From positions 14,012,001 to 14,076,000 of the forward strand of contig OZ004610.1 in assembly GCA_963924565.1 (NCBI GenBank): 64,000 nt of DNA, written 5' to 3'. A model generated the notes under the pieces. That model ran no database searches. It was not told the origin of the DNA and saw only the letters and a program-made list of their open reading frames with translations. The position numbers and the translations under genes were made by a program. Positions 50,469 through 64,000 of the stretch are shown piece after piece. This DNA is from Ascidiella aspersa (lineage: Eukaryota). Each line of letters begins with the position of its first letter. Positions within the stretch are counted from its first letter, which is position 1.

Positions 50469-53400
50469 CTATCTTCGGACACCGGCCTTCCTGCATTCTT
50501 CCGGGCTGAACTGAAGGATGGTAACTATGGCAACCATGATCCTTTGTCTAGCGGTAGCATCGCTGGTCGTTAGATATTGATAAAGGACGTTTTTAAGATA
50601 CTCCATGTTGGCGCTTTCGCGTAACCTACGTAAAAGTGTTTGATTTATTGTTTTATTCTAGAAATCTGCGATAAACTCCTAACAATAAAAAAAAAATTCG
50701 TTTCGATAAACCAGGATATTCCAGAAAATTTGAGTAGTGAGCCAAAGTAATAATTACGTAACGGATTAGGTTTTATTACTATTTACAGGCAAACCGCTAA
50801 ACTAAAAATAAATGCCGGTGACTATTTGCGTTGTTAGCCAAGAGGAAAAATCAAAATTACTGCTCCGTCAAAACAGTAGAAAATTCTAGGGCATCGTAAC
50901 AAAAAGTGTCAATTGTCGCGTCTACTGTTGAACTTTGCATAAACGCTGGTTTTGTATTTCCGCCTGATTCAACCTTCAACCAAGCAGAAAACCTGTGGTA
51001 TTAGGAGCCATTCGGGCCCAATCTCCCGAACATACACACAACGAAGTTGGGGGGTTGTGTAAACACTTTCGGCTTTTCAGATTTAGCACAGTGTTATATA
51101 TTATAACCCTGTACTTCATATTGTGTTTACGGCTGAACGCGCTAGAAAAGACCGCTGAAATACTACTTGCAATTGAGCCTATAATATTCGACCTTATATT
51201 CGAGTTCAATTTTTGTCAGAACAAATATGAACAGTTCACATATAAATATCCCGGGCTAAACCAAATGCAAAATAAATAAGTGTGTCAATTAGTTTTAGAT
51301 GGACACTTTCGGTAATTGAATATCAAAAAACCATGATCTTGCTTTACCGAACCGTAACAAATTATTATATATGTTGAATAATATGCGCTAAAATTGCTCC
51401 GTGCCGACATCATGCGGAAAACCAACATAAACCAATAGACGATTAAAATCTGTAAATACCGGTCTATCTTACGTTTTTCTTTCGTACTCCATCATATTCT
51501 CTCGTAGTTTTGCCAGTTCCTGGGCATTTCGCTCGTCCCTAAAGAAAGTAATCAAGATTCAAGAGCTTGGACCAAAGAAGGATTTATTAACCTAACGAAT
51601 AAATATTTTAGCATTCTGATAACGAACCTATATAATGTTTCTAGTGCGTCTTATCCCGTCTTGTTGAAGGAATGCGTCGTGCAACTTATCGCACCCTCGA
51701 AAATGAAAATTAGACAACTTAAACTCTACAAAAGCACTTTTTAAACTGTACGCCAGTGTTTTCCGTCGTTTAAATATACAAAATACGATACGTTTTGACA
51801 TAACTTTGTGTCGCCATCCCTGTTTTATTTATTGCCCCCCACAAAAAATACTTAGATCCACTAACATTTCAGTTGCTTAAATTAACAATTAGGTAAGATT
51901 AAGCATTACTTTTATGTCAACACACTCTTGTCTTGAGTATATAATGACTAGGGCGAATATTTTTTGACCAAAAAAATTGAAAATTTTTACCTGAAAAATT
52001 GAAATTTTGACAAATTTTGACCTATCAGAAATACATTGATTTAAACATCATATTGTTGTATGAAGTACTGCATTAGTGTCTTGGCGTCGTCAAACACATA
52101 ATTTTGATGTTTGTCGAACACGAATCAGTTATTTGCTTAATTGATGTTTTTGTCATTTAAAAAAGACAAACAGAGATAAAAATGCCAAAGAAAAACATGA
52201 CGCTGGTTATTTTAGAAAAATGCTGTGTAAACAATTGAAATACAAGATATAATAATTGCAGAAAATTTCCAATTATGACCTAGTATGTTATCCAAATAAG
52301 AAATAGGCTAATTGCAAATCATAGTAAAAAAAATGAAATACTGTTCAAAACCATTGGACAAATCAGGACTACACAACGATATAAAGCATAACCTAATGCG
52401 ATAAACTAGACCTGGGTGGTTAATTCTGCCGGCTCGCGTGCACCGTAATATTGCTCTAATGAAGATTTAATACGGTTGACATGTCGTTAGACGTAATAAA
52501 AAACAACACAGCATCAACTAGTTGCGTTCATGAGGTGCCCGATCAGCAAAGTGATCCATCGGATATTTTTTACAAAAATATGGCTCATGGTAAAACGGGT
52601 GAGAAGCACAGGTTTAAGCAACATGAATTTTATCGCTGCTAAGCAAACGAAATTGATACTTCAATTAAAAATCCTGAAACACGCCAGTCGATTACAGACA
52701 TGCCACATCTCAATTATTACGTCACAAACGATGTAGTTATTACGTTTGTCATACTTTTTAATGTATGTATAGTTTTACTACTTTTTAATAATTTTGTTTT
52801 TGCTCTTTGAATGGTTTTTGAGTATAGCGTTAAAACACTCAGTCATTTGCTGCCCAAAGCGGTTTGCTTGCATATTTATTTGTGTTCGATACGGCAGTTC
52901 ATACAATAGAAAAAGCTAAACAAAAAAAGTTCAAACTTTGGCTGGCTACGCTACTGCTTAGAAGTGCAGCTAAACGTGTCCAAAAGAACAAACCGTCGTA
53001 CTTCATGATGTTAGCGTCCTGAAGCTGTCGAATCTGTAACTCGAGTTGCTTCTTGTGCCTTCGAATTGCGTTGATCGCTACATCCTTGCGAGCAAGTTGC
53101 TCCACGTAATGGATGATGTTTGATTCGTGGACCGAACCCTGAAATTGTTTTAACAATACAAACCGGAATAACTAAGTACTTAAGAAAAATTCGAAAAAAT
53201 AGGACCCTTGTTTCGCGTGAGTGCGTGACTATTGACTATGTTAAGTAAAATAGCATAGTCATGCACTTCACATAAACACTGGTAGTCATCGAATGGTTTT
53301 AAAGAGTTTGTACTTAAATTAATGTATTAGCGACCGTTTTAACTGTTGCGCTTGTATAACTAATATTCGATCCATGGGTCTTAAAATTTCGATTCGCAGG

Positions 53401-56400
53401 TATTTAGTAAAATTAACCATATTTTTAGTATATACTCAAACCTAAAACATATAAAAAATGTTACTAAGCCACGGAACTCATACGGGCATGAATCGTGTTC
53501 TAGCCTTGCTAAAGAAGTACTGTTAACATTACGGGTGCCTTTGGAAAGACTATTACCAAAATAAGTTTGCCTAATGAGGACTGTATTGCAAGCAAGGCAA
53601 GGCTGAAAAAATCTAGCGTGTGGTGAGGTTCGAACTCACGACATCGGCCACACTGGCATTTCTCATAGCACAAAATCATTAAAAATCTTCAACGTTATCT
53701 ATCATTACATACAAGCGTTAATAGCTACTGACGACCAGTAAATACCTTGCTCATAATTTCTGACACCGATTCTTCGGTGGGATCCTGTCCGTCTTCGACC
53801 AAGCTGTAGTGCCTCTCGTATTCATGCGGGCCGCCCATCTGATACTCGCTGCGTGAACAAAACTGGTTAGATGGAACGAAACCCCTTGAGGTAATACGCC
53901 TCAACGAGCGAAAATGTTCCTCGTGCAAAACTTAAATAACATAGCTTTTTGAATTTCAGTTTCAACTGGCTACAGCTACAGGACTTGTAAACTTTGGTTT
54001 AGGAAAAATAATTAACTTGGTATTTTCTGTGAAAGAGAATTAAAACAGAAGCGAAAACGATATCCGGCTTAGGCACCACCTCTTATTTTGACTTAGTCAA
54101 GTAACGGTACAGATTTTTGTTTAATACGTTAAAGGTTTCGTTAAGAGTGTTCGTTTTTTATCTATTACAAAAATAAAAAAATATTGGAGACCTAAAGCCC
54201 TCCCCCCCCCAAAAAAATGCATGATATATGTTAGTCGGCCAGTCGACTGTCCACATAAACGTATCCATCATAAAACTCACCCAAGACTAAGTGCAACTTT
54301 GTTTACCTGAACGCATTGCTATCACAACTGAAAGGGTATCGAACCTTCCTGCTCGATAGCAAGTAAAACCATCAGGCTGAGAAAACGCAAACGACCACCT
54401 ACCTGCTGAAGGTTGCGCTGTAGGCTTTAAGATGCTTGATCTCCTTGTCTTTATCGGCGAGCATGGCGACAGTTCTCTCGCGCTGCGACCGTATGTCGCG
54501 CTCTACCTCTGCCAAGCGGTGGGTGTGCTTCTCGCGGGCCGAGTCGAGCTCTTGACGATGGACGGCTGCCTGCTTGTCCATGTCTTGCTTGTGCTGCACC
54601 ACCTGCGGGTAGGACGCAGTTCGGTACTTCGGTTTGCCCGGATATTCGTATTTATAAACCGCTTAATTTTAGGCTCGCAAGACTTATTTTTTAGGTTTTT
54701 TTTAAGTGCCATATGCAGTACTAAGTTAAAGAGATATCGTACGTAAAGTGGGATCGGAAACCATTTGGGGCCCGTTAACCCAATCTAGGTAAATGGAACA
54801 AAGTTAAACAAACAAACCCTTCAAAATAAGTTCGCTATATAAAATTTATCTTGTGTTCATTTAACAACAGTCTTTGTGTAATGACGGTATGTGTTATTGG
54901 AGGAAAGCCGCATCACATCCTTCCATTGTTGTACATCTAATCTGGACGTTAATAAGATTATGCGTATACGCTATATTACACGTGATAAGTTAGAATGATC
55001 TAATGGAGAATTTTCGGTACAAATAATACAACGATTTTAATTGTTGTATCTGGTTCAAGTTTGGGAAGGCTATTTAAAAATAAAATAAGGTCCTAAAATC
55101 ACAAAATTGATTTCATAGGTTTCGGTTAACACTCGAAACACACGAATTCAGAAGTTAGTATCCAAAAAAAAAAATGTTTCATTTGTTAACATTAGGTTAT
55201 TTGAAGATTTTGAACAAGGTTCAACGTAAGTCTTATCCGAAATAAAGCATAAAAGGGCCTACTGGGTTAAGTTTGACTTGCGAAGCTAACGGCAGTACTT
55301 TTAATGTGTGTTATTGTCGCTGGTAGGTTTAAATTCGGAAGAGTTGTTATATGCGGTTAGTAACGATTCAGCCAACCTGTATTCTCTTAGGAGCACTGTA
55401 TGTATTTTTCCCGATCACGTAATACCTTATGCTAATTACTCTCTTTGAGAACCACATGGTTACAGAGTACCCATTCTTACTTGGATTAACAGTTACACCA
55501 TATGTTGAGAAAAACCCAAATAATAAGGGAAAAACCTCTCTCGTCGCGCACATGGCGATCAAAGATTTACAAACTTCGTGGCAGAGACAAAAATGCACCT
55601 GCGACCTCGTGATAATCGCATGGCCCACAAGCTGCTCGGCTACGACATAAAATTCATTCGTCTACCACTTGTGATAATTGTGGTACAAATTGAGTACCAC
55701 TATTCAGTGACCATGAGCAAAACGATAGAGTTAACAAATCAAGAAATTCAAAGAGGCGATCATACCAGCTGAGCCGACTTCTCCTCGAGATCGTCGCAAC
55801 GCACACGGAGATGGAAGTGCCTTTCCCTTGCCTCTTGGAGCTGCCTCTTTAATTCCTCCAGCTCCCGGTTGTTCCCTCCTCCCCCAGTTCCCACTCCCCC
55901 TGGAGTGAGGTTCGAACCCTTCATGTTCTTCAGCACGTTCTGGGCACGAGTCTGTGAATAGCGAGTTTGATGAAACGAAAATCTCCCAGAACTTGCGTTC
56001 ACTTTAGTTGGTATTTGTGTTTCATTGAAATTAACCTCATACCAGCTTGTAACAAAATGACGAACGAGAGATGGAATAAAGTAGCAAAAACACTTTTTTT
56101 ATTTAAAGGATACATCACCTAGAAAGCTGACAGTCGTTACTATTTTTGATTAAAAAATAATTCAGTAATGCTCACTAATGTATTCCCTGCAAAACTAGGC
56201 TAGATCTATTTGTACTACCTTGTATCTTTCGAATTCCTCCTTCTGTTCCAACATTTGTTGCTGGGAATCAAGATATAGCCGCTGATAATCCTGACCATCG
56301 GACTGAAGGGATTTGACAACATCTGAAACCAAGTGGCAATCAATATTTATGATTATGGAAGGTTAAAACGCACTATTAACAGTTTAAAAACTAAATGACT

Positions 56401-59400
56401 AAAGAATACATGCCATGAGTCTTTTTACATGATTTAGGGTTTTAAATGTGCATTGGGGCAACCCACGCCTCCTAAGGCAAAGTCCTGTACCTTATTGCTA
56501 TATCGTTAGTTATAAATGTTCAGAATAGTTAGGTGTAATTTATTTACCAAGCTGGCATATGTCATGTTTTGTGGTACTTGTTGCTGTAGGTCATAAAGCG
56601 ATAATGATAACAAACTAACAGCGTTAAAACAAGGACAAGTACAATTGAAACATGAATTGAAGAGTCTTGGAATAAACTTTAAAATTCACTCTTACCCAGA
56701 ACAGGTTGTTCAGTGTGTATCGTATGGAAAGCATTAGAAATTTAAGAACTTTAAAACTACTTTTCCGCAAACCATTGCCTAACTGAATAGTTTTTAACGT
56801 AAAGAATAAAAAAATTCCTAGTCGTTTTACAATATGGAAACCCTTGGACGATCACTGTTAAAATGACATAAAATAACTGTCGTAGAATCATACAACACCA
56901 GAATATCGCATCATACTTAAAATCAGGTCAACTGAACTTTATATACCAAACTGTTATGATATTGATGAAGTTTATAATACAATTTAACAACTTTATAAAT
57001 ATATACATACTAAATACGTTAATGTTTCTTCAACCTAAAATAATCAAAAAGAGCCATTTTGTGTCAAAGTTTGGTATTAGTCACAACATCCCTATTGGTT
57101 GCGTTAGTAAATTTGTTTCCTATTGACGCACGGAAGGATTTCATTAAAAATATTTGCACAGCGCAGGGGCGACTTTAAAAATTTCGCCTTGTCCTTTGTC
57201 ACGCCTCGATTTCACTGCACACGCGACATACTACGGAATACGTTAAAAGCGCAAGACGAGGAATTACCGCTGAGGTCCACGGGTTCATTGCTCTTGGCAG
57301 CAGCCTCCTTAAGCAGATGCTGGTATCTGACGATTTGGTCCTTCAGCCCTTCCAGGTCTAGCGAGTCCTCGAGGCGCGACTTGAGGGCGGCCACGCTCAG
57401 GTCTTCCTTCTCGCTCTCCTTGACCGCTTCCAGCTGCTTGGCGAGCAAGGTGTTCTCGACGTCGAGCTGGGCGATGCGGTCCTTTAGCTTTCTGCTCAAG
57501 GCAACAAGTTTAAAACAGAGTTTTTTCTGCGGCGCTAACTGATTTTTGCTGGTTTTAACACACAGCAGGTCGATTAAGGAAGCTGCTTTTAACTTAATGA
57601 GACAACGGTGTTAGCGATAATGTGCGATTAAGATATTTTTAAAAAAGTGTTTGAAAAAAATAAGACCGCAGTAGTAATAAACTGTAAAACGAATAAACGT
57701 TATGCTAGAGAAAACAGCCTGATTACGAACAGTATCGGCTCGACAAAAATAGCACATGTATCCATTTTATATACCCTATTGCTGATGAATTTAATAAATA
57801 ATAATAATGACGCATTTTATACTAGACACTAATACGATCCAGCGAAAAGCAGTGATAATTGAATCAGTACACAAATAGTAAACTAAATGATGTTACACGG
57901 TATGCAAAGCTTTCCTTACTGAATTGATAGCTGATCCTTCTGTCTGGATCCATCATACATTCCCAGTTTGTTGGAGATCTGCACCAGACGATTCTCGAGA
58001 TCGGCCACGCGTTCTTCTTCATTCTTCGCGATTCGCTTTTCCCTCTCCTCCATTTCTTCTACGCGATGGCGCTCGAGCTGGAGCTGCTTGTTATGGTTTA
58101 GCTGAAAAACAAATCGATTGATAAACTCCTGTCTTTGCAAGGAAAACGGCTTCTTATAACAAACTATATTCCACTGAGTTTTGTACTACCAAGTGTCCAT
58201 TCAACAGTGAGCCAAACCATCAAGCAGATTAAAATATTTTGCTATGTTTAATTAAAGTTGTTCAATAGCTTTTCAAACTTTTCAATAATCAATAGCTTTT
58301 CAAATTAAACATACACTGGGTTTGGTATCTTTACTGCTGCTTGGTAATAGTCCATTTAAAATTATTTTTGTTCCATATTGTTTGAAGCTTTTTGTTATCT
58401 CATACAATACGCTGACCCTGATTAATAAGAGCTTAGTTTATAACACGAAGTATTCTTCCAACAATAAAAAAAATTGACTAAGATAGTCCAGGGATATTCA
58501 GTACTTCCTATTAGTCCGATACCAATGTCCAACTTTTTTGATAAAATTACGTCCGCTGACCTACCTGATACCCAATGACGCCATTGTTAAACAAGCGTAA
58601 TCAATAAAACGTAAAAAGGGCGAAAAGGTAATGTTCTACACGACTTTAGGACAAAACTTGCTGTGCCGTTTGGAAAGTAACATTCCCTACCCTCATTTGT
58701 TCCATTTCATTCTGAAGCTGCAGAAGGAGGGGCGACGGGGTGTTGGCCTCCTTTTCGGCCGACTTGAGCCTTTTTCTCACTTCGAGCAGCTCCTCTTCGA
58801 GCTGACGAACCCTGCGCTTGTAGTCTTCGTTGTGCTGTGCTTCCTGGCCAGCATGCTGAGCCATACTCCGTAATTCCTTTACCTAAATGAAGAAACAACA
58901 ATCTGCTTTCAAATCGCATCACCTAAATTAATCGTAACCAACTGCCTACGATTTTTATGGTTTGTTTTTCAATTACAAGTTTTCATGGCGGGAACGTAAT
59001 GAATTAGAGTTCATTTTAATAAAAATCGTTGCCAATGTTTAAAATCTACTATAAAACTGTTCAGGATTTATTTTTACAACGCTATCCTTGAGAATAAAAT
59101 GACAGAAAGGGAAAACAATATAATCTACAAATGTACCACAGTTTCCAGCTTGTCGTTCTTTGTTCTTTCGTCGTTTAGCATACGCTGTATCTCCCTCAGC
59201 ATAATGGAGTGAGTCGCTTGCTCCTGCTCACGGTCTGTTTGCTGAACACGAATTTTGTCTCTAATCTAAAATCAAAGGTAAACTGTTATGTGAACTACAA
59301 AAGTAAACTTCATATCAGATTTGAACAGAGATGTAGGTTTTTTTTTAGTTGTGTTGAGAAACAGTAAACTTTGATAATAATTAATTAACTACGAAGTAAA

Positions 59401-61629
59401 TTTAGTCTATCACATTTCGGGCAATAAATTATAACTACCCAGCGGTGGATTTCTACACAGGTGTATGACAATAACCTGCTGCATTCTTATCTCATTGGCA
59501 ATGATATTATAGGATATGATCAAATGTAGCAGACAACAAGACAACAACCCATTTTTGTTTCCCTAAGGCCTAAAAGATATAATTCTGTAGAGCTTGGCAT
59601 GGTCAAGGTTGTGAGTTTAAACCCAATGCGGGATTGTAGTTGGTGTTAAATCCAATGCGGAATTGTAGTTGGTGTATTATACGATTTATCTAAACCAGTG
59701 GTTTCCCAGCTGGGGGTCCTAGCAAAGTTAGGGCAGTTAAAAAACTAGGCTACAGGATATTATATGACCTGGGATAAAAAGGATATGACCTTGACCCAAA
59801 GTCATTCACTTGATAGCACTCTGTAATCAAGTTTTACATATTAAACTATAAATGCATTTTACAATGTTGTTTATTTGTTGAAACTAAAGAAATCTAAAAA
59901 AAATCTGTTAATTAAACCAAATAACCACACATTTATTCCTCATCTTTTCGCTAAAGTCAAATATTTAGCCGGAGTTTAACCAACAACAAGAGCTTTTCAA
60001 AGGGTCGCTTGCTTAAAGATATGTTATGGCATAACTTTGTGGCTTTATCTTTGAAATTTGTCATGACCCCTGAAATAAAATGCTAAATCCACCCTAGCAG
60101 TTTAACTGGTTTCATTAGGGGATATATAGCCAAGCCATCAAACAACCCATCACACTAAAATGGCTGGGAATCACTGTTATTCTAACCCTTTCAAGCTCTT
60201 CCTCCTGGAGTTTTATCTTTTGAGTGAGAGCTTCATTTTCTTCTTTCAGCAATTTTGTTGAAACTTCCTGCTCTTGCTGTATAACAATGTTATATTTTTA
60301 AATTAAAATAGATAAGTTTTATAAACACATTAGTAAACATTTATATTATAACAGTATATATTATAAAACTAATATTTTATAATAGATTTACCGCTGCCAA
60401 ACTTAGTTTTAATAAATTACTTAGTGAAATAAAAACAATTATCAAAATTAACATTTTATTACAAAGGCAGGTGACCCAACCTTCATCTTTTTCTTTTCAG
60501 CTTGGTAGGTTGCTACTATTTTTGCCTTCTCTTCTGTTACAGTGGATAAGGAAGTGGTCAGAGTATAGATCTGGGACCTCAGATGCTGCACATGCGAGTC
60601 TTCTTCCTCATCTGATTCACTTAGCTCTTCTTTTTCACTCCTTGTAGATTTGCTCTCAATTTCATCGTCTTTACGTAAATAACCATTGGTTGCATTATTA
60701 CCAAATTAAAACTAAAAAAAATTTACAAGATGAAAAAAGTCATTGTTTTTAAACAGTTTATTACAACAAAAATCTCTTTCAATATTTGTAAATCCTACAA
60801 CATGTTTTCTCTTGAATAATGATCAGTGTATTTGTGATGATAATTGATGATAAAAGTTTCTGATGACCATTTATATTAAACCCATTTAATCATTTAAGTT
60901 ACTTACCACACCCTTCATCATTGCTTACACTTTCATCATTGTCTGGTTTTTCAACTACATCTTTGGACCCCTTAACAAAAATATAGGCAAACTTTAAATA
61001 AAAAAATTAACTCAACATAAACACAATAATTTGAAGCACACCCTTCTTGATAGGTCTGTTGCTCTTTTTGCACGATCTATTCGAGGTGATGGTGCTGAAG
61101 TAAGAGCTTTCATGCTCACTTCCAAAGCATCTTTTTCTTTCTGCAAGCTCTTGTAGGCTTGCACAATGTCTAAACATTATTATGCATCAATTTAGATTGT
61201 GCTATATATATACACAATACAAATGTATATATTTTTAATTGTGTTTGGAAACCTTCGGACAAAGTTTTAACTGAAAAAAGGATTAGCTCAGCTCTATGGT
61301 TTGTGATTACAAAACCAAAAAACCAGAAGTTTGCAAATGGTCACAAGAAAAAACATAATCTTTTTTTAGGTAATAAATAGTATGAGATGCATAACATGTA
61401 AATATTTTTTTAAACATCTAACACAAGTTGCTTAAAACATGGTGGACTAATTTACAAGGTTCAACTGTTATCACAAAAAATAAGAAAAAAACATCAAATT
61501 TTTGCAGAGATTTGTAAAAATGATTTTACTTTGTAACTTACCCCGCAAACGGCTTTCATACCGTTGAATTTGATCTTTCTGCTTGTCAATAGTTGCCAAC
61601 AAATCTTCATTTTTGCCAAACTTGAACAT
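50469..61629 (-). CDS. GCC1: GRIP and coiled-coil domain-containing protein 1 (golgin GCC88), 16 coding exons, 745 aa
   Basis: Exons (minus strand) 61629-61542, 61169-61042, 60970-60907, 60668-60481, 60276-60187, 59265-59137, 58882-58691, 58101-57920, 57491-57268, 56322-56219, 55951-55766, 54602-54403, 53848-53746, 53138-53002, 51538-51473 and 50625-50469 join in frame (2238 nt). The N-terminus MFKFGKNEDLLATIDKQKDQIQRYESRLRDIVQAYKSLQKEKDALE and the C-terminal GRIP domain RESANMEYLKNVLYQYL..IVTILQFSPEE match GCC1. Confidence 0.93.
53616..53716 (-). pseudogene. tRNA-derived relic with a tRNA-Ile(TAT)-like 3' half, in a GCC1 intron
   Basis: The minus strand reads gccgatgtcgtgagttcgaacctcaccacacgc, a variable loop plus T-arm. 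The acceptor stem is only partly paired and the D-arm is degenerate. Confidence 0.35.
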
Positions 61630-62065
61630 TATAGGATTAGATTAAATAGTGCACCACACAGGTGGCCTTACATATTTAAAAAAATTCTTAAAAATAAAAA
61701 CATGAATTTATAAATTGCAACACTAAAATTATAATACCATACAAGGCAGGATTAAGAAAACATAAGTAGGCAATAAGAAGCAAATTATCAACTTGTATAT
61801 AACTGAAACATCCTAATACTGGTGTGCCAACATTCCTTGTCATTATGCTATCAATGACATGGTGTTAAACAAGCATTATCTGTGGCAGTCTGCAATCTGT
61901 GGTGGTCTTTGTTTACAGCAGCACTTTTTTACAATTTGTGTGCACACCGAGTTAGCACATCACCTACATCTTTATAAAATGCCCTTTTAAAATACCTCAT
62001 ATATATGCAAGATAGCCACACCTTAAAATTTGGCACTGCACACCTATAATATCTCTGAAGAAAAA

Positions 62066-62327
62066 GGCGCTCTTTCACTATTGTACGTAAAAATTAATAA
62101 AAAAAAATTTCTTTAAATGCCGCATACCACAACGCATATTGTTTGGGTTAGGATGCGGGTTAGCTTTTGGTTAAGGGTGGGTCAAGTTATTATTAATAAT
62201 AAACATACTATTACTTGACCCACCCAAACGCTAACCCGCACCCTAACCCAAACAATAAGCGTTGTGGTAAGCGGTAATATTATTATTTGTTTGCATAACT
62301 TTTCACGTACAATAGTGAAAGAGCGCC
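62066..62327. mobile_element. Fold-back palindromic MITE with GG..CC termini and 8-bp TSD (Merlin-like)
   Basis: TIR ggcgctctttcactattgtacgt / acgtacaatagtgaaagagcgcc, inner arms also complementary, and perfect TSD aagaaaaa. Confidence 0.9.
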
Positions 62328-62376
62328 AAGAAAAATTCCATGAAATGTAGACTGGCTTGCAATAATCTGGGAAACT

Positions 62377-62465
62377 TTGGGTTTCGGTTTGGGTGGGTCA
62401 AGCATTATTATATTCATTATTTATTAATAATATATGCGTTGTGGTAGGATTCTTAACCAGCGCCA
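62377..62465. mobile_element. Truncated copy of the 20017-20207 MITE family
   Basis: The sequence gggtgggtcaagcattatta..gcgttgtggtaggattcttaaccagcgcc matches the right arm of 20017-20207. Confidence 0.7.
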
Positions 62466-62593
62466 AAATTTAAATTTTTAAGACAATAAACAACAAGCTC
62501 ACAGCTAGACTACAAAATCAGCCAAGTGTGACTAACTTACTACAAATAGAATGCTACGTGTACCGCCACCGGTATTGGCTATCCGCCAAAAAG

Positions 62594-63013
62594 CAGGGAG
62601 TCGAACCAAGGCTTATTGTCTGTATAGGTATTGGTCGAACCGTTTTACTTTTCCGGTTCAGGTTCGGTTCGGGTTCCAGGATTTTTTCAGAATACGATTC
62701 AGTTCCGGTTTAGGTTCGGAGTAATTTAAAAGTTCCGGTTCAGCTCCGGTTCGAACATCGTTATTTCAAAACCGGTTCATAAAGTTTCGGTTCAGATACA
62801 ATATAATTTGCGTTAAATCTCAAAATGTGGATCGAAAAATGTAGAGAATAATTTATTCGATTTTTTATTCAATATTCATATTTTTTTCATAAAATTTCGA
62901 ACATGGCGTAACTTGAATCTGTAAAATAGAAGTTGTGGTTCGGTTACGGTTCGGAAAAAATTGACCAAAAACGGGTTCATCAAGTTCCGGTTCGGTTCCG
63001 GTTCGACTCCCTG
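62594..63013. mobile_element. hAT-type MITE with (ccggtt/cggtt)n subrepeats
   Basis: Perfect TIR cagggagtcgaacc / ggttcgactccctg and perfect TSD ccaaaaag. Confidence 0.9.
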
Positions 63014-63038
63014 CCAAAAAGTAACATTTTGGTTAGAA

Positions 63039-63785
63039 CAGTGGTTCTCAAAGTTTTTTTTCGTATTCCTTCCTTAAAGACTTCAACCTTTGCTTCAACA
63101 ATGGTAATTCCTCCCAAAAAAATCCCAAAAAGGAATATTGCCAAAGTACCCCATCTGTCAGAAATTAGTGCAGATCTAAGCCAAAAGGTCTAGGCCCACA
63201 CGGCAGTTAGTGCATACCAAGGATCAAAAAGTCCGACTTTTAGACTTTGAGGTCTTGGACAATGCACTAATTTGACTTCACAAATGTGCATAAGAAGTAA
63301 GTTTAACGGTTATTTGGCATACTTAGCAGTTAGCTCTAACTTGTGAATCCAACCACACTAGATGTTTTCTAAATGAATGAATTGGTAAAAGTCGCTCTCG
63401 AGCATTTGTTATGGCATTTTACAGATTTTAAATATATACTGGATTTAGGCAACCTTATGTTTTACCATTTCTTTACTTTACTTTTACATATCACAACCAT
63501 GCTAAAACAAACAAACAGTAGGGTATGTAACAGACACCCTGGAGTCTAATGTGACGTAGGTTAACACAGTTAAAGCAGCATGCTGTCTTCACATATATAG
63601 GCTACTTTTAAGTCTTATTAAGTAGACGTTCCCATTTAAACTTTGTGCAGTTAGTTATGTGTGTTAATTATCAAATAATAAAAAGTTAGCCATTTTCATC
63701 CACTTTTCCTCCCTGGAACAAATTTCCTCCCTAAAGTTTAAAATACCCCCAAAGTTGGCCAAGTGGCTCCCTTTGTGAACCACTG
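63039..63785. mobile_element. hAT (Buster-like) non-autonomous element
   Basis: TIR cagtggttctcaaag / ctttgtgaaccactg and perfect TSD ggttagaa. Confidence 0.85.
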
Positions 63786-64000
63786 GGTTAGAACGTTTTA
63801 CTCAGATAACTAATCAGCACAGATGAATTGTTAAATTATTGGTTGGCCAAACTGAACTAGCCAGATGTACATCCTTACATATATTTTTTAAATAAACACT
63901 TGCGCAATTAGACTAATGTGCCACATTGAATGTGCCTAGGTTCAAAACAAGGCAATGGTTTTTACAAGTTGTTTATTGTCATATGCGCCCCAAAACATTT

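Noticed and set aside
53616-53716. Functional tRNA gene
   Set aside because: Only the T-arm half is intact; the D-arm, anticodon arm and acceptor pairing are degenerate.
54432-58873. Plus-strand ORFs 54432-54746, 57123-57542, 57924-58121 and 58631-58873
   Set aside because: They are antisense shadows of GCC1 coding exons.

Overview
AT-rich, intron-containing animal genomic DNA. It is probably from an invertebrate chordate such as an ascidian, which I infer only from intron size, composition and MITE landscape. The ORF track mostly shows exon fragments or noise. Splicing by hand at GT-AG sites gives three complete, frame-consistent genes. (1) 12632-18327 (+), 8 exons, 597 aa: a single-pass type I membrane protein resembling a class II helical cytokine (interferon/IL-10 family) receptor, with Box1/Box2-like motifs and a terminal GY motif. 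This is the most interesting object in the window. (2) 20516-45187 (+), 18 exons, 854 aa: a CCDC30-like coiled-coil protein. (3) 61629-50469 (-), 16 exons, 745 aa: the golgin GCC1/GCC88 with a C-terminal GRIP domain. Introns and intergenic DNA hold many short non-autonomous DNA transposons, mostly hAT-type with 8-bp TSDs, including nested copies and a palindromic GG..CC-ended family. Both coiled-coil genes are strongly CpG-depleted only over their 5' few kb. All family assignments come from motif recall, not database searches.
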